A stretch of DNA of 64,000 bases, taken from positions 2,108,001-2,172,000 of the forward strand of contig OX337228.1 of assembly GCA_946965045.2 (NCBI GenBank). The letters run 5' to 3'. Below, in pieces: positions 1-13,812 of this stretch; within the stretch, counting starts at the first letter, position 1; each line of letters opens with the position of its first letter. This DNA is from Epithemia pelagica. Taxonomy: Eukaryota > Protista > Bacillariophyta. The notes under the pieces were generated by a model, which worked only from the letters and a program-made list of their open reading frames with translations, was not told the origin of the DNA and ran no database searches. Both the position numbers and the translations under genes were made by a program.

Positions 1-91
1 ATTTTGTTTCATCCGAATAGTGTGATGGCAATGGCATTACTAGATTAACCAAACTTCATTTTGTCGGTACTCCTTCATTGTTTCCCTAGCC

Positions 92-2082
92 ATGTCCATT
101 CAGTCAGATCAACGAGCACAGACACAACGACCAGCAGTGAAGCTGCCTCAAGTCATTGCTTTCATGCTGGTCAGCTGGCGTATCTTTGTCGCTTCTCTGG
201 TCGGACCTGTAACTGTGGCGGTTTTCCCTCTTGTCGTTCTCCTCATGGGATGGATTTCGACAAGTACAAATGGACTGCTGACCCTACTACTTTGGCTCAG
301 CTTTTATACTGGATTCACTCTGGTGGTTCGTCGCATGACACCGACGAAAAAAGATTATGATGATTGCATGGCCAGGTTATCATCACGGTACCTGTTTCAA
401 TCATTTTTGCTGACAATCCTTGTCATTCGATTTTTCGTCTTCCCACTGAGTGAAACATTGGGGGTCTCCATTGCTTGGTATCCCGATGTTTTTTCTTTTT
501 TCCGGTTTTCTACAACTCTATTGGTCATAGAACTATCAGTGATTGCTCGATACATCGGACCTCAGTCTATTAGTGAGTGCGGCATTGTCAATCTACAGAC
601 ACTCGTGGCCATTCTGCCCACTCACCCTTCCTGCCTCTTGCGTTCACAGTGCGATGCTCCTCGTTCCCACTTGCGTCGAGTCCACTAGTTTCTTTCTTGA
701 GGTTTATAGTCAAACAAGCCATCGACGTGTTTCTTCCACCGACACACATCAATAAGCATGCTTCAACAGGTTTTCTGCCGGGTTCCTCGTCACGTTGGCG
801 TGGACGCCGTTTTCGATATCCGTCATTCTTGACATTCATCGCCCATACGATCATTGCAATCTTCTCTGGATTCGCTCTATTTTATGGTGGTTTTGTGTTT
901 GAGAACAACAGGCCGATTGGCTTTGCACTGGCCAGTAGTATATTCACAATGCTTCTTCCCCTAGCTTGGTTTGTGGCATGGGATGATCATGAGCTAGATC
1001 CCTGTCTCTATAGTGGGGGAATGGAGAGAACATACATCAATGTGTGCTTTCGGCTGTTTCGTGGTGCTTTGGTTTCCTCGGCAATGGCTATTGGAATGAC
1101 GTTTGTCACTGTCTATCTCTCCAACCAATCGTTTCCCGACAATTGGGCACTGATGAGTGGTCGTCTTTTCGTTTCTCTTCTTCTTCTCAGCCTCTGGAGT
1201 TTTCTTTTTGATGACATGCTGAGGCGAATCATATTGTTCGAGACAAATTTTGAGGAAGATGTAGGCACAACGATTCGCTGTCTAATTGAAAATGAAACTA
1301 TTTCAGAAAGGGCATTGTCGACCGGGGCCCAAGGAGCGATGGGGCTACATCAAACTCACCTTGTCGAGGCTCTAATCACGGACATGGGAATCCACTTAAC
1401 GACGAGAGTTGAGAATCAAGTTGAGTGTCCATTGGAACAGGATGTTTTACGATTCCTCATTTTACGGGCAATGGGTGGTGGTGGCGGCGACAAGAAGTTT
1501 TCCTCTATCGAGTCTTTGTGGATTCCTGACCGACAACGAGAAAATATTTACAAATATGTGGTTGCAAACTATTCCTCCACTGCATTTCTGTTTGGGCAGC
1601 ATCGCACTCATATTCTTATTCGGGGCCTTTGTGTGTTTGCCGGAGGGCTTGGCGAGGCACTCCGTCTCGCTTCTGAGAAGCAAGTCTTCCGCTTCAGAGA
1701 AGAGCGTTGGACTGTTCCTCCGGCAATGATTACCGAAATGCAGTTTACTGTTCGGGCCCTCTTACGAATATTACATGTCGTTTCAACTTGCTCAGGCCAG
1801 TCTAGCTCTGTCCAACTCAGTATACTTGTACCTGAGGTGGTGACAGCCCTCTTTCGACTTCGCAGTGGAATATACTCGATGAAGGGCGTGAATAATGGAG
1901 AAGCATCCAATTTTCAAGCAAATGCCATGCTGTCTTTACGACTGGACGAGATTGTGGAGCAGTGCGATAACGCAGCAGTTCTTGTTTGGTCAACTCAATC
2001 CAACACTACAGAAAGTATCCGCACGCTCCCAGTGGACAAGATGACGGCCCAGTGGCTACAGATGTGCGTTTCCGGCTCGTAA
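92..2082 (+). CDS. Multi-pass membrane protein, possibly nucleoporin Ndc1-like (2 exons: 92-572, 650-2082; 637 aa)
   Basis: A GT-AG intron at 573-649 (gtgagt...cacag) joins the 92 and 577 ORFs in frame. The N-half has several hydrophobic helices and the C-half is soluble. Size and topology resemble Ndc1, but no diagnostic motif is certain. Confidence 0.45.
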
Positions 2083-2183
2083 GTTCAATCATCGCACCAC
2101 AATGCATCTCCTGAAGAAAACCAGATTCCACGGACTCATAACGATAAATAGTAGTCGAAAACTGTTGTCCATGCTTGGAGTAA

Positions 2184-3687
2184 TCATGAGCGAACAACAG
2201 GACTGAAAACAACAATACCGAGCACCATTGCAACCAACAAGGAACCTAGGGCGTACGTCAGAGATCGTCCATTTCCTTGAAACAGAAACATTTCTTTCAC
2301 CATGGTTGATACCGTGCTCAGACTGCCAGCAAACCCGACTTTTATTGCAGGTACCACAGATGACGACCAGGGAGTGTCAAAGTCCGCAAGGTATCGTAGG
2401 CTTACTGCGGCAATCAAAGCCGAAACGACAGACGCAACAATGTTTGCTGTCAAAGTTCCCCACGGGATCCACTGAAGCGATGATAGGCAGCCTTTCCTTG
2501 AATTCAGACAACTGAGTTTTAGCCGGACAACAGCACCAATGGACGAGAAAGCAGATGAAAGGACTAGTTCTTGGTAAAAAGCAATGTTGAACTTCAGTGC
2601 CCCAATCAAGAAAGCGGGGATCAACACCGCCAATGAAAGAAGAGGGAGAACAATACCAATGTGCCAGTAGTTTGTGTTGTCGTTCCGCGAACAAGAACTA
2701 TCATGAGGAGAATCGGGTGGTTGATCCTGTGGCTGTGGGCCGAGTATTCGCCCTTTGTTTTTGACGTTGCTTATTCTACCAGGGAATAAGCGGAGCCACT
2801 CATGAGTGTGGTACCCCATAATGTATGAGGAAACTGCTGCACACAGGCCAATTACGTATCCAAACAAAGCAGTGACTACCTGTGGTCCCAACACGGTGAA
2901 AGTGCCGTCCATCATATGAACCATTTGCGTGTTCCATGATGCGACTGTTCAACAATAGAAAAATGTAAGAGAAAGAAAAAGTATTGAAGTACATACTCGT
3001 ATGTCTCGTCAAGCACTTACAGCTTGTGAGAGTGCCACAAAATCCGATCCTTAACCCTTCAATCAAAGCCTTGTTGCGTTGAAAGGAGTGATTAGGATGC
3101 AGCCATGGAAATGGAAGATTCAGTGAATGTGGATTTGTTATGACTCCAAGGAGAAAGCACCCAAGCATGTTGGCCGGCAGGTCCAGAAACAATGCTCCTC
3201 CTGTCTGAAGCGTTGTTCCACTTGTGGTTACACATACTCGAGAGAAGAACGGTGAAAAGATATCGTCCGGTGTTTCATATCCTTCGTCACAGTCCGCCCC
3301 GAATAATCGCCCAATGAAAACTCTACCTATACATCCCAGTATTCCATAGAGGGCAACAAGTGGTATAACCCAGTAACTTGTCTCCCTGGTTACACAACCG
3401 GTTGAGGTGCGTTGATTCTCCAAGTCAACAGAGGAAGATTCATCACGCAGACGATTCGACAGAGCCTCACTCTCAGGAACAACCTGTGTGTCAGAGGAAC
3501 CTTCATCAGAGTCAAAAGTCGACTTGACCTCTATTGGCGATGAAACAGTTGTTGTCGCCTCTGGCCGACTGCGTAGGATGCTAGAGGGACTCTCCAAAGA
3601 TCCAGAAGATTCCCATGACACACCGCCGCGGCAGAAAGCCTTGCTCTGTTCGCCGTCCGAATGAGAGGACAACTGCGTCTCTATCAT
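2184..3687 (-). CDS. FEX: Fluoride export protein (two CrcB/Fluc domains)
   Basis: Two Fluc repeats: LPANMLGCFLLG...GLRIGFCGTLTSFASW and WGTLTANIVAS...KVGFAGSLSTVST. Intron 2945-3020 restores GTLTSFASWN. Confidence 0.88.
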
Positions 3688-4258
3688 CTCATCTCCTTAC
3701 TCTTATATGCTGGAAGCTGGAACTGCAAAGTGTTGCAGAATGAAAAATGAAAAACACAAAACACGGTGGCGAGTGGCGATGCCGAAGCTGGGTGGGGAGT
3801 ACAAGCTTGTAATCGTAATCCTCCAACAACCCAGCAGCAGAAAGAAAAGATATCGTCCGTTGGATCCGTTGAAGTAGAAGATCCATATGGATAAATAGGA
3901 GAGGCAATGATGGAAAATCATTCAGATTGATGTCTGAGTTCCGAGTTGCGACATGCACTTCGTAGGAGTACGAGTCATTCTCTACACTACTATTAATATT
4001 GGAATATTATTTGTACAGTACTTGTAGACTACTTACAATTAAACAATTATTTGTTTCTGGTGTCTCACGTCTCATTCTCACGTCACGATTCACGATGGGA
4101 CAACCGGGATGGCGTGGGCTGGGGGACCAGCACGCGCGTAAATGAAGAAATGCGTCGGAAGCAAATATTACGGCGACGACAATGATGCCGTGCTCCTGCT
4201 TTGATTGGTGGCTCAGAGTCAAGTCCAACTCCAGACAGTGTGAGAAAAGAGGAAGTCA

Positions 4259-7159
4259 ATGCCAAGAACAAGTCAAATCGTCTCGAATCAGTCCGAGCAA
4301 GATTTCAATCCGGACGAAAGGGATCGATTGAATGCCTTGTGGAGAACCTACTGGAGAGAACTTGTGGACATTCGTCCAACGACGGAACACAAACGAAAGA
4401 TCCCCGGCCCTTCCTACCGCTTTGCTTTCCGACTTCATCGATTTGCTACCGCGGTCCTCCACAAAGCTATTTCTCCTAATGGACAAGGAGGCCCGACGAC
4501 TGATTCAAGCCATGTCAAAAACCCAGATGACTCGTGCTTGAGGGACTTTATATCGTGCGTTGTTGTTGATGGGTCCACAAGCTCAGGTGAAAAATGCCGA
4601 ACTATGAGGCTTCCGTGCAGTGGAAGAACTGTTTTCCCCATTTATTTTCAGGAATTCTCATCGGAATTGAAGGAATTTGAAAATCGCGGCCAGGAACCAA
4701 GTCCAGATTATGTTCGCAAAAACTCTTTCGATGCCTTTCTCTACCATTTATCAGGTCAAGCATTGGCGGTACTTGGATGCTCCCTAGCCTTGGCAACTAC
4801 TTCTGCGGTGATGGGATCACGAACACCGGAATCGACGGAAGGACTCATGGAAGACATTAACCGCTTTGTGGATGGTATTCAATTTGTCGTTCGTTTCCTC
4901 CACGTCGAACCCGCAATCCAAATGATGAATGTCAAAACATGTTTGGTTGGAAAATTTGTTTCCGTGAAAGGGCATATAGTCAAAGCGAGACCCAAACGAT
5001 TGAGACTGGCCACAGCAGACTTTGTTTGCCCCAAGTGTGGAGGTGCTATTACACACGCCTTTGAAGCAGGGCGTTTCTCTACACCAACCTCTTGCCCAAC
5101 CAAAGGCTGTCTTAGCCGGAGCTTCGAAATGTCTAGGGCAACCGCTCGTTACATCAATATACAGGAGCTTCGACTGCAGGAATCACAGGATGAGAGCACT
5201 GCTCATGCTGGTCGCGCTCCTCGTCAACTTGTGGTGGAGGTTGCCCATGATCTCGTCGAATCCTGTCGTCCAGGCGATATGGTTCAGATTGCCGCTACTA
5301 TTGAAGCAGTGAACACGGCTCTCGCGGCAGGACAACGGGGGAAACGAGCAAAGGAGACGAGTACCTATCAACTGTATTTGATCGGGCATTCAATCAGCAC
5401 TCTCTCCCAGAGTAACAATCCCCAAAAGAAGAAAGGTAAATCTCGACAGAAGGTCTACTCTCAGGAACAACTGCAATGCATAACTCAGCTGTGCCATGCT
5501 GACCATCAATACTTTGGGCTGATCGAACGGCGAGCGTTCCCGTTTGACCTCCTGGTGAGAAGTCTATGTCCTTCAATCATTGGTGTAAGTCTGTTTGTGC
5601 TTGTCAATATAGAGTTGAGTTGATACACTCCGTGTTGACGACTTGCCCTTTCCGAATTTACAGCATAATGAAGTGAAAGCAGGCCTTCTTTTATGTCTTC
5701 TCGGGGGTACCCCAAATACAGACAGAAACAACTCGATCCGATCTAACTCGCACATGTTGATTGTGGGAGATCCTGGTATGGGGAAAAGCCAAATGCTTCT
5801 TGCTGCGAATCAACTTGCGGCGAGAAGTGTGTATGTTGGTGGAAATACGTCTAGCACAACAGGTCTAACAGTCACATTGACAAAAGAAGACAAGGGAGGA
5901 CAGTCAGCCATTGAAGCCGGGGCCTTAGTTCTCGCTGATCAAGGAATATGCTGCATCGACGAATTGTAAGGTATCTTGCAGCAACACTATGAAGTATGCT
6001 TTCTTGTGGTAGTCTCATTACCATTGTTGTTTCTTTTGAAAATCCCAGTGACAAGATGGCCAAGAACCATCAGGATGGACTCCTGGAAGCAATGGAACAA
6101 CAACAAGGTATGTGTTCTTAGATTTCTTGGAATGGTCTTGGAATGACTGAGATGCATGCACTCAACTTTGTGCTGTGTAAGTGTCAATCGCCAAGGCTGG
6201 TGTTGTTGCTTCTTTACCTGCACGCTGCAGCCTTATCGCCGCAGCAAATCCGAAACAAGGGACCTATAACATGGACAAATCGGTCTCGGAAAATCTGAAC
6301 ATGGCAAAACCGATTCTCTCGCGTTTTGATTTGGTGTATATTCTCCGTGATCGCGTCGATTCAAATCTTGATCGTATGGTTTCGAGTAATATTATGAATC
6401 TTTACAGACAGAACCCCTCCTCTCGCGGTGTTACCCACCCGACCCACATGTCTTCAAACTCTGTGCCGACCATGGACGCAGAAAATAGATTGTCTCTTTC
6501 TGACCGTCTAAGTTGGGTCACGGAGATGCAGAAAGAACCACTCCCCGCCGATCTTGTTCGGGACTATATTGCATACGCTAGAGAATACTGCAAGCCCAAG
6601 CTCACACGGGAGGCTGCGGCAGTCCTAAAGAACTACTTTATGGAGCTAAGGTAAATCAGTTAATGTCTCATATTTGTCTGTGTTTCTCTTTCTAACGCTT
6701 TTCTGTTTCCCTCGACGTTTCAGGTATCCTGCCGATGGCCGTCGCAAGGCGGACACTGTTCCAATAACATCCAGACAACTTGAGGCTTTGATACGATTGT
6801 GTCAAGCTAGAGCAAAGGCCTGTCTGCGTGAGCTTTGCCTCGAAGAAGATGCTTTGGACGTAGTTGAATTGATGAAACGGTCCGTCGAGCAAGTCCACAC
6901 AGACGAGGCCGGGGGCATTGATGCAATTCGCGGAGGAGCAGGAGGCATTAGCAACCGGAAAATGAAGAAGGCTTTTCAGAAGGAGTTACTTTCGTTAGTT
7001 GGCGCCAAAGGCGGCGAAGTTTCTCTCGACGACATGCGACGCATAGCAGAACGGGTACACTGTGGTCTTGGGGAATTCCATAATCTTATTGAAGACCTCA
7101 GAACAAACGCCTTTCTTGCGAGAGGAAAGAACGGTACCTACAAAGTTTTATCGACGTAA
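4259..7159 (+). CDS. MCM8: MCM8 DNA helicase (5 exons)
   Basis: CPKC/CPTKGC zinc finger, Walker A GDPGMGKSQ, Walker B CCIDEFDKM after splicing, EAMEQQQVSIAKAG, SLIAAANP, arginine finger SRFDL, ITSRQLEALIRL. Introns 5585-5663, 5966-6048, 6108-6181, 6651-6723. IQELRLQE...GRAPR and FDLLVRSLCPSIIGH are MCM8-like. Confidence 0.88.
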
Positions 7160-7227
7160 AAATACTCAAATGGTATTTGTCCGTAACTGGTGAAATTTTT
7201 AAGGGCTATATCAATCTATAGTTGCAC

Positions 7228-10200
7228 TTAGAAATTCCCATTATCCTTTTTGTTGCGAGGTGCAGGTAGCCACTGAATCAAGCCTTTCTCGTACCAAACT
7301 GTGTATGCCCAGTCGAAGCCATCGCCTCGTGTGTCAACGAAGTTGGTATACTGAGCGACGGGAATCGCTCCTGGAGCAGATTGGGTTTCTTCCGACCAGG
7401 TCCGTGCCACAACAGGACGGTCCTGCGCAGGGCCATAATTGACAGCCCCTTTGTAGTGAGTTCTCTGACTTGGCTCTCCGTCATCGTACACTCTGCAACC
7501 TTCCCATGACTTCTCATCACCGGATACACGGGACTTGTCATTGGAGAGCCGTGATGGCATTCTGTTTGTCTGAAACCTCTGTGCTTGCGAATGTTGATGA
7601 ATACTCGTTGGAGTGTGTTTCCCCTCAGCACTTGGATGTCGCATGCGATCCATGTTGCTGTTAACGTCGCGACTCTGCTGCGGCAAACTGCTACTATGGG
7701 GAGCCGCTCTGTCCTCCTCTTCCCCATCCAGCTCAAATTGATGCACTGCCACAACCCTGTGGTTGCTAGATGATCCTTCCACTTTGTAGCTTGAGTTCAG
7801 TTTGCGAGATAGAGCGGCACTTTCCTGGAACGGAGCCCGGCCAATCGTAGCTTTTGAAATGTTGTTGTTACGTACATCTCGGGTCCCCAAGTTGTTGGGG
7901 ACTGTCCTGTGACCATTTTCCATTCGAACTACTTGAGATCGACGTGAATCTTGGCTGCTTGTCCTTGATGGCGGCTGATATGATGCTGATCGGGATGAAC
8001 TTTGCGTGTTTCGGTAGTCGACCGAAGCAATTGATCGGCTGGGATTTCGGACTGACCAACTTGCCGCAGCAGCACGACGAGAACGCGATTTAATTTGGGC
8101 ATCACGTGCGGCTCTCATTGAAGCAGCCAATTTCCGCGCTCGCCATCCTCTTACCACACATTGGATAATCAGCGCACAAAGAAGTTCGTTGTAACGCACC
8201 CAGCAAAAGTGCATCCTCCAGGCACTTTGTATACGGGTCGCGGATATATCCCCAATCTCCTGGGATCTTCTCCAATAAAGATCTTCAGTAGCCCGACGGG
8301 CAATGAAGCCTCTTGCCGTGGATTGGATCAATATTGCGTATGCAAGTAAGTAAGCTACTCTCTCTCGGGCAATACACTTGCGCCAAACGGATTGAACCTT
8401 CACGATTCGATATCGGTCATAATGGAAATTCATCCGACAAACATAACCTCTAAAAATTCTCTGAATTGCTGTTGCACAGAAAAGATCAACGTTGAGGCAA
8501 TCCCTGGCCCAAAACCCTCTGAATACGGCTTGAATGGTCACGGCGGCCGCGATGTAAATCGGCATTCCTATGGACTCATCATTTGCTTCTTGGCCGCGTT
8601 GAAGTGAATCTGTGTCGGCATCAATCTGGAATTGCGAAGCGAGTTCTCTATCTCGTTCTTGTTTCAGATAGATGACAAATTCTCGAGCTACGTGCCTTCT
8701 GTATGCTGTTTGAATTACGACAGCTGCAACAGCCTCGATGAACGCCAGACGAGCAGATGCAATGGACTCATTCTGTCAAGAAAAAGGATTTGTAAGTGCA
8801 TGCGAACACGAGAAGTGGTACCAAGACTGACAGCCTACTTACGTCAGTTGATTGCGTTGAACTTTGTTTCTCCTGTTGTTGGTGATGTTCGTATGGTTGA
8901 GACTTTTGACTGCTACTGTTGGCCGACAGGTGTTCCTCCTCAACCCGTTCGTAATCGATTGAGTAGTCCGACCGGTATATGGGGGACACTTCTGACCCGG
9001 TGTCATCAAGAAAAGGTGGTGGGCCCTCTAGTTTGGAGCGTTGATCTGACACATAGTCCCGTCCCTGTTGATTTCGCTTTGCCACCTGCATCCCATGGTT
9101 TGCGGCCTCAAGTGCGGCGTTGGCGTTATCCAAGTAATATCTTATAAACGCAGGGTCTCGAGCATGGGCGGCCCTGTTTGGCAGTAAACACTTGTATTTG
9201 GAATCGCGCAAAATGGACTTGGGAGGTTTTCGCAGATTGTTGGCGGGGTGATCGAGCACAGAAGATGGAGAGACGTCGGAGTTGTGTTGTGGACGCTGTA
9301 GATTTGCATTGTTATTTGGTAAGGCATGCTCGTCCTTGAGAAAAACTGTAGAGTGTTCCAGTTTAGCAGAGAAGCGGACATTTCTGGAAAGAGTGGTTGG
9401 CTCTTCGTCTGCCACCGTCTCTGGGGCTTCTTCTTCAATGCTCTGGCGATTAGCGGACGCCGACGCAACGGAACGTTGCTCGCTGACTCCTCCCATGGCA
9501 TTGGTAGAAAGAAGTGGAAAGGAATATTCATCAATGGAACACGTTTCGTCTTTTCGTTCCAAGTGTTCGTCCTCTACCCACTGGGACGGCGAAGTCGCCG
9601 GAGCGCCTTCTTCACTATTGACAACAACAGGTGGAAGAGGAACCGACGAATAGGGAAGATCGAATGGTTTACTCGATGAGTTGGAATCTGTCACGGTACT
9701 TTCCGCTGTGAGAGACTCCTTTTCATCTATTGATGCCCTTGAATTCACCATCCATCCAAGTGAATGACGGCCCAGAGAGGACGTGGACTTGTTATTCCCA
9801 CCTGTTTCCAGATGATGCTGACTTTTGGATTCTGCTTTGCCACCAATTCGATCTTTTGCATTCGCAGATCGTGATCGGTCGGAAAACACTAAACTTGGAG
9901 GCATATTAACAATTTTGGGTTCTCGTTTCTTTTTCTTCCCCCCTACAAAGCGCTTTTGTCTTTTCTTCGACTCAGACCGTGCTTTCTTGCGTAATAGTTC
10001 CTGCTGACTAGTCCCTGTGTTCACACTTCCCCCGTCTGCTGCCGTTGCGTCACCTCCAAATATGAGAGGAAAGTCTGAAGGTGTCGAGGGTCGCTGACGA
10101 TGTGGAGACGAAATGAGAGCGATTCCGTTGCCTGTAGTTATTCTCTGGCCATGAGACCGACTACTGCTCTCGATAACCCCCGTCCCCTGCGAGACACCTC

Positions 10201-10459
10201 TCACCACTAGTTTGGCAGAGCCCACGCCTCCGCTCGGTGGAAGGGCCCCTCCTCTCTTCATTTGTTGAGGACCGGTCATTCGTATTATATTGTTGTTTGA
10301 GCCGTAGTGCTGTTGTTGATCCATTGTCGCTTGTTCTTCTCTTAGCCTCTCCTTTCTGACACTAGAGCGGTGTCCATAGTAGTACCTGCGAATATCAGGC
10401 GAATCACCTCCGGACCTTGAGGTATTCCTTATTGTCTTTGTCGAGCCTTTCGTTGCCAT
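7228..10459 (-). CDS. Large low-complexity protein with a cluster of IQ calmodulin-binding motifs (2 exons)
   Basis: Intron 8773-8842 joins the 563-aa and 445-aa ORFs. At least six IQ-like motifs: IQTAYRR, IQAVFRG, IQRIFRG, IQSTARG, IQSAWR, IQCVVRG. Confidence 0.75.
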
Positions 10460-11085
10460 TGGCGATCATGAGATGGCAAAAACTTATTTTTTCGTGTTGC
10501 CATGTCCGGCCCTCTCCGTTGTTTCTTGTCTGTATGTGTTTGTTGGGTGGAAGACAACCGCCTTTTTTGGCAGGCGCACCACTATTGCTGCCTATGCGCG
10601 CCACCACAGTTCGTATAACTCCTCCAAACGTATGATTGAATGGCCCCTTATTTCTTATTAGTGTAGATCAAGTCGTCTATTTATGCTGGTGGTGGGAGAA
10701 CCGGAACCAACAAGAAAAAATGAAAGGAAATTTGATTGGCCCTTCACGCAGGCAGGGACACAAAGAGTCGTTTATGAGAAATTTGTTGGTTCTTTTTCGG
10801 GCAAAAAATCGTTGGGATTGGCGTTGGGGCTGAGAAGAGAGAAACCGACCGCAGTGACAACCGCCCTCTCGCTCTCGCCCCTGGGCGCGTCAAAGAAATC
10901 GCTCCAGAAATCGCTAAGACAAGAGCTACTATACCTACCCTTGGCGGGATCATCGGATCTCGTCTGAATATGGAGTAAGAGTATGAAGGAAGCAACTTGT
11001 CTGGGAAACCTCCCTATATGAAATGAAATGAACCTTGCCACGAACAAGCACACAAGCTTTGAGAACCAGCTACAACGTTGCGTCA

Positions 11086-11964
11086 TCAGGATCTCTCATT
11101 GACCCAATCCATGATATCCTTGGCTATCTCCTCAAACAATGGTGAAGGTTCACACATTAATCCATGAAGAGCAGGGTACCTTTTCATCGTCTTGTCCGTG
11201 ACTGGTGCTTTTTCAAAGAGCTCTAGAGAGCCCTCACTGTTCACAACAACATCTTCATCCGCCACGCCTACCCAAAATGGGACACGCACCGAAGTGAAGC
11301 TTACCCGATTGGCCAACGAGACACAGGTATGGGCCGTTCCCACCCGAATCGCCGAGCCTTTGGATGTATAGGCGTCATTTTCACATTCTTCTCTTTTCTT
11401 TGAATCACGATATTGCTTTTCAGCGTTCGTAGAGGACGAGGGAATCAGTCTCCACGTTGATAGCATGGTTGAAAGACCTGCCAGTAAAGATTGCTCGATA
11501 CTGGAAACGGAGAGTTTCAACATAGGAGCTAAGAGAATAATCCCCGCTACTTTGTGGTTGCTGTCACTTTTTTCGTTTTCAGCCAGTTTTTGTGCCACTT
11601 CCAGCGCAATCGTCCCTCCCATGCTGGAACCAGATAAAAGGAGTTTTTTGGGTGTGTATTTCGCAATAGCGTAATTGGCAACTTTGCAGGCATCCTCCAC
11701 AACCACGTCCGCGCTAGGTAAGTACCCTTGCAATCCTGGTGACTTTCCGTGTCCTCTCATATCCGGTGCCAAAACCTTGTACTTGCGATCTGTATCTGAA
11801 GCAAAGACTTCGGCTGCGTATCGAACTGTTGGATACAGTCCATGGGATCCCATACCGTGAAAGATCAATATCAAAGCTTCACCGTCACCGCTGGCATTCC
11901 ACGAATGAATGCAAAACTCATCATGGTCTAACTTGACCATTTCGGAATGAGGAGACTCCATCAT
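11086..11964 (-). CDS. Alpha/beta hydrolase, monoacylglycerol lipase/lysophospholipase family
   Basis: FHGMGSH oxyanion region, DMRGHGKS, nucleophile elbow GSSMGG, acid D in DVVV, catalytic His in HGL. Confidence 0.88.
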   Translation of the reverse strand: MMESPHSEMVKLDHDEFCIHSWNASGDGEALILIFHGMGSHGLYPTVRYAAEVFASDTDRKYKVLAPDMRGHGKSPGLQGYLPSADVVVEDACKVANYAIAKYTPKKLLLSGSSMGGTIALEVAQKLAENEKSDSNHKVAGIILLAPMLKLSVSSIEQSLLAGLSTMLSTWRLIPSSSTNAEKQYRDSKKREECENDAYTSKGSAIRVGTAHTCVSLANRVSFTSVRVPFWVGVADEDVVVNSEGSLELFEKAPVTDKTMKRYPALHGLMCEPSPLFEEIAKDIMDWVNERS

Positions 11965-12180
11965 GGTGTTCTCGGATTCTGAAATCTCGAGATCTTCAGA
12001 TCATTGCTTGCGAGGCGGGGGGTGACCACCAAACAAGACCGTGAATGAATATTTATCTACCACGACTGAATCTATGTAGGTGAAAGGTGCATCGTTTATC
12101 ACTGGGACTATTTAGGAGTACCACACTCCTAGAACTTTTCAAGTACTCCTTAGGAGAGAGACGAGCAACAACGACGATGT

Positions 12181-13812
12181 CTATCGTGCTACTCCCATTC
12201 TACCGATAAACTCATCGAGTTCATCCGAATGACCGCCCGTAGCGGATCCACGCGGTAAGGTGGCGGGGCGGACCAAATCTAGAATCAAAACAATCCTTGC
12301 TTCGGATGAATAATTGAAGGCCCGATGTGTTTTAGAGTCATCAAAGCACAGAGCTTCACCTTCTCGATGCAACTGGACACATCCATCCACCCATACGCCA
12401 CACAAATCACCTGGTGGAAGGACCAAAGGAATGTGTACCCTCAATACGTGGTTGGCCAAATCTTCCCATCCCGTGTGTGCTTCCAAAACAGACTCAGGAT
12501 CCAGGCGGCTAAACAGCGCTGTGCGAAGTGTGTCACCAAGTTTTGATTTCAAGTGAGCGACCGTCTGCGGAACTACGGCACAAGTGGTTGGCACCCATTG
12601 ACGCTTGGTCAAGTCGTCTGCTGGAAAGGTATGACAAAGTGGAAACACATTCCACGGAGCTTCTCCCGTTTCTGAGGTTGCCTTGTAGTGCTGTTGTTCC
12701 GGCCATGCCGTCCAATGAGCAATCTGAATGGCCTCACCTCGTAGTACATCAATTGTGTTTGGTTCTAGCAGGCTTTCCAATAGATTGGGGTATTCTTCCC
12801 TTGGATCTAGAATTGGTGGTCCCACAATCTGGTATCGAATCTCTGGTGGAGTTCCTTCTTCCTTCACCTTCAATGACTGCTCCCATAAGCAACCTCTGAG
12901 ATGCACAGGTTGTTGTGATTGGGGATGAAGATTCGATAAGCCAATGCGAGGAGACAGTCGACGATAAATCAACATAGCAGCTTCATTGGCGTTTCCACTA
13001 TCCTCTGCTTGTTCCACGTTAGTGGAGAGCCACGGCATGGCCACTGCATTCACGTTCTTGATGTGCCCTACAGCGTGAAGAAACCAAGAGGGACAGGCAT
13101 CACTGACACGAAAATTGATCAACTTTTCCGGCGTGGATTGACGATCGACAACAAGCACAACCATGTCCTTGTCGTCTTCGTGGTCCGTACCACTAGATTT
13201 TGCAGGGATCACCCAGGGTGATGCGTCATGCCGTGCATCTAACAAACTTCGTAGGAAATAAGCACAATCGGCATTCGAAGTGAGTACAAAGTCCGTTTTG
13301 AGAGCACGACCATCAACCCATTCTATGACAATAGGAATCCCTGTTGAAGAAACTTCTTTGTTCATCGAGGTCGAAGCTTGAGGTATGGTCATTCGTCTGT
13401 GAACAAGAGGTGCTATATCAGTTGTGAAAGGATGACAGTCGGCACTCGAGTCCATTGGCGATAGACTGTAGGTGACAATGGAGACCATCCGCTGCGACGG
13501 AGGTATCTCGCTCTCTTCTTCCAAACCAAAGACACTCTCTAGATGGTACAATGGTCGGCGACAATTCAACCAAACGAAATCATCGCGATTGATGTAATGC
13601 AATGGCTGCTGACTATCATCCAAAAAATTTTCGGCAACTTCTTCCACATCAGCCAAGGAGAAGGAGTTGTATCCTTGTTGCGGAATGTGGGACATGACCC
13701 AATGGGTGTGTTTGTTGTAGCGATACAGCAACCTTGTGCTTCTGTTAGATCTAGAGAGCATTGATACTTTTTCATCATCGCCGTGAGCATGTGGATTGGG
13801 TATTGATGCCAT
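12181..13812 (-). CDS. Aspartyl/asparaginyl beta-hydroxylase-domain protein (2OG-Fe(II) oxygenase) with an unknown N-terminal domain; start uncertain
   Basis: C-terminal FSRLDP...HTG...LRVHIPL...FDDSKTHRAFN...RIVLILD matches the AspH fold (two Fe-binding His, 2OG-binding Arg). The start is set at MASIPN; the longer ORF to 14166 overlaps the next gene. Confidence 0.8.
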   Translation of the reverse strand: MASIPNPHAHGDDEKVSMLSRSNRSTRLLYRYNKHTHWVMSHIPQQGYNSFSLADVEEVAENFLDDSQQPLHYINRDDFVWLNCRRPLYHLESVFGLEEESEIPPSQRMVSIVTYSLSPMDSSADCHPFTTDIAPLVHRRMTIPQASTSMNKEVSSTGIPIVIEWVDGRALKTDFVLTSNADCAYFLRSLLDARHDASPWVIPAKSSGTDHEDDKDMVVLVVDRQSTPEKLINFRVSDACPSWFLHAVGHIKNVNAVAMPWLSTNVEQAEDSGNANEAAMLIYRRLSPRIGLSNLHPQSQQPVHLRGCLWEQSLKVKEEGTPPEIRYQIVGPPILDPREEYPNLLESLLEPNTIDVLRGEAIQIAHWTAWPEQQHYKATSETGEAPWNVFPLCHTFPADDLTKRQWVPTTCAVVPQTVAHLKSKLGDTLRTALFSRLDPESVLEAHTGWEDLANHVLRVHIPLVLPPGDLCGVWVDGCVQLHREGEALCFDDSKTHRAFNYSSEARIVLILDLVRPATLPRGSATGGHSDELDEFIGRMGVAR

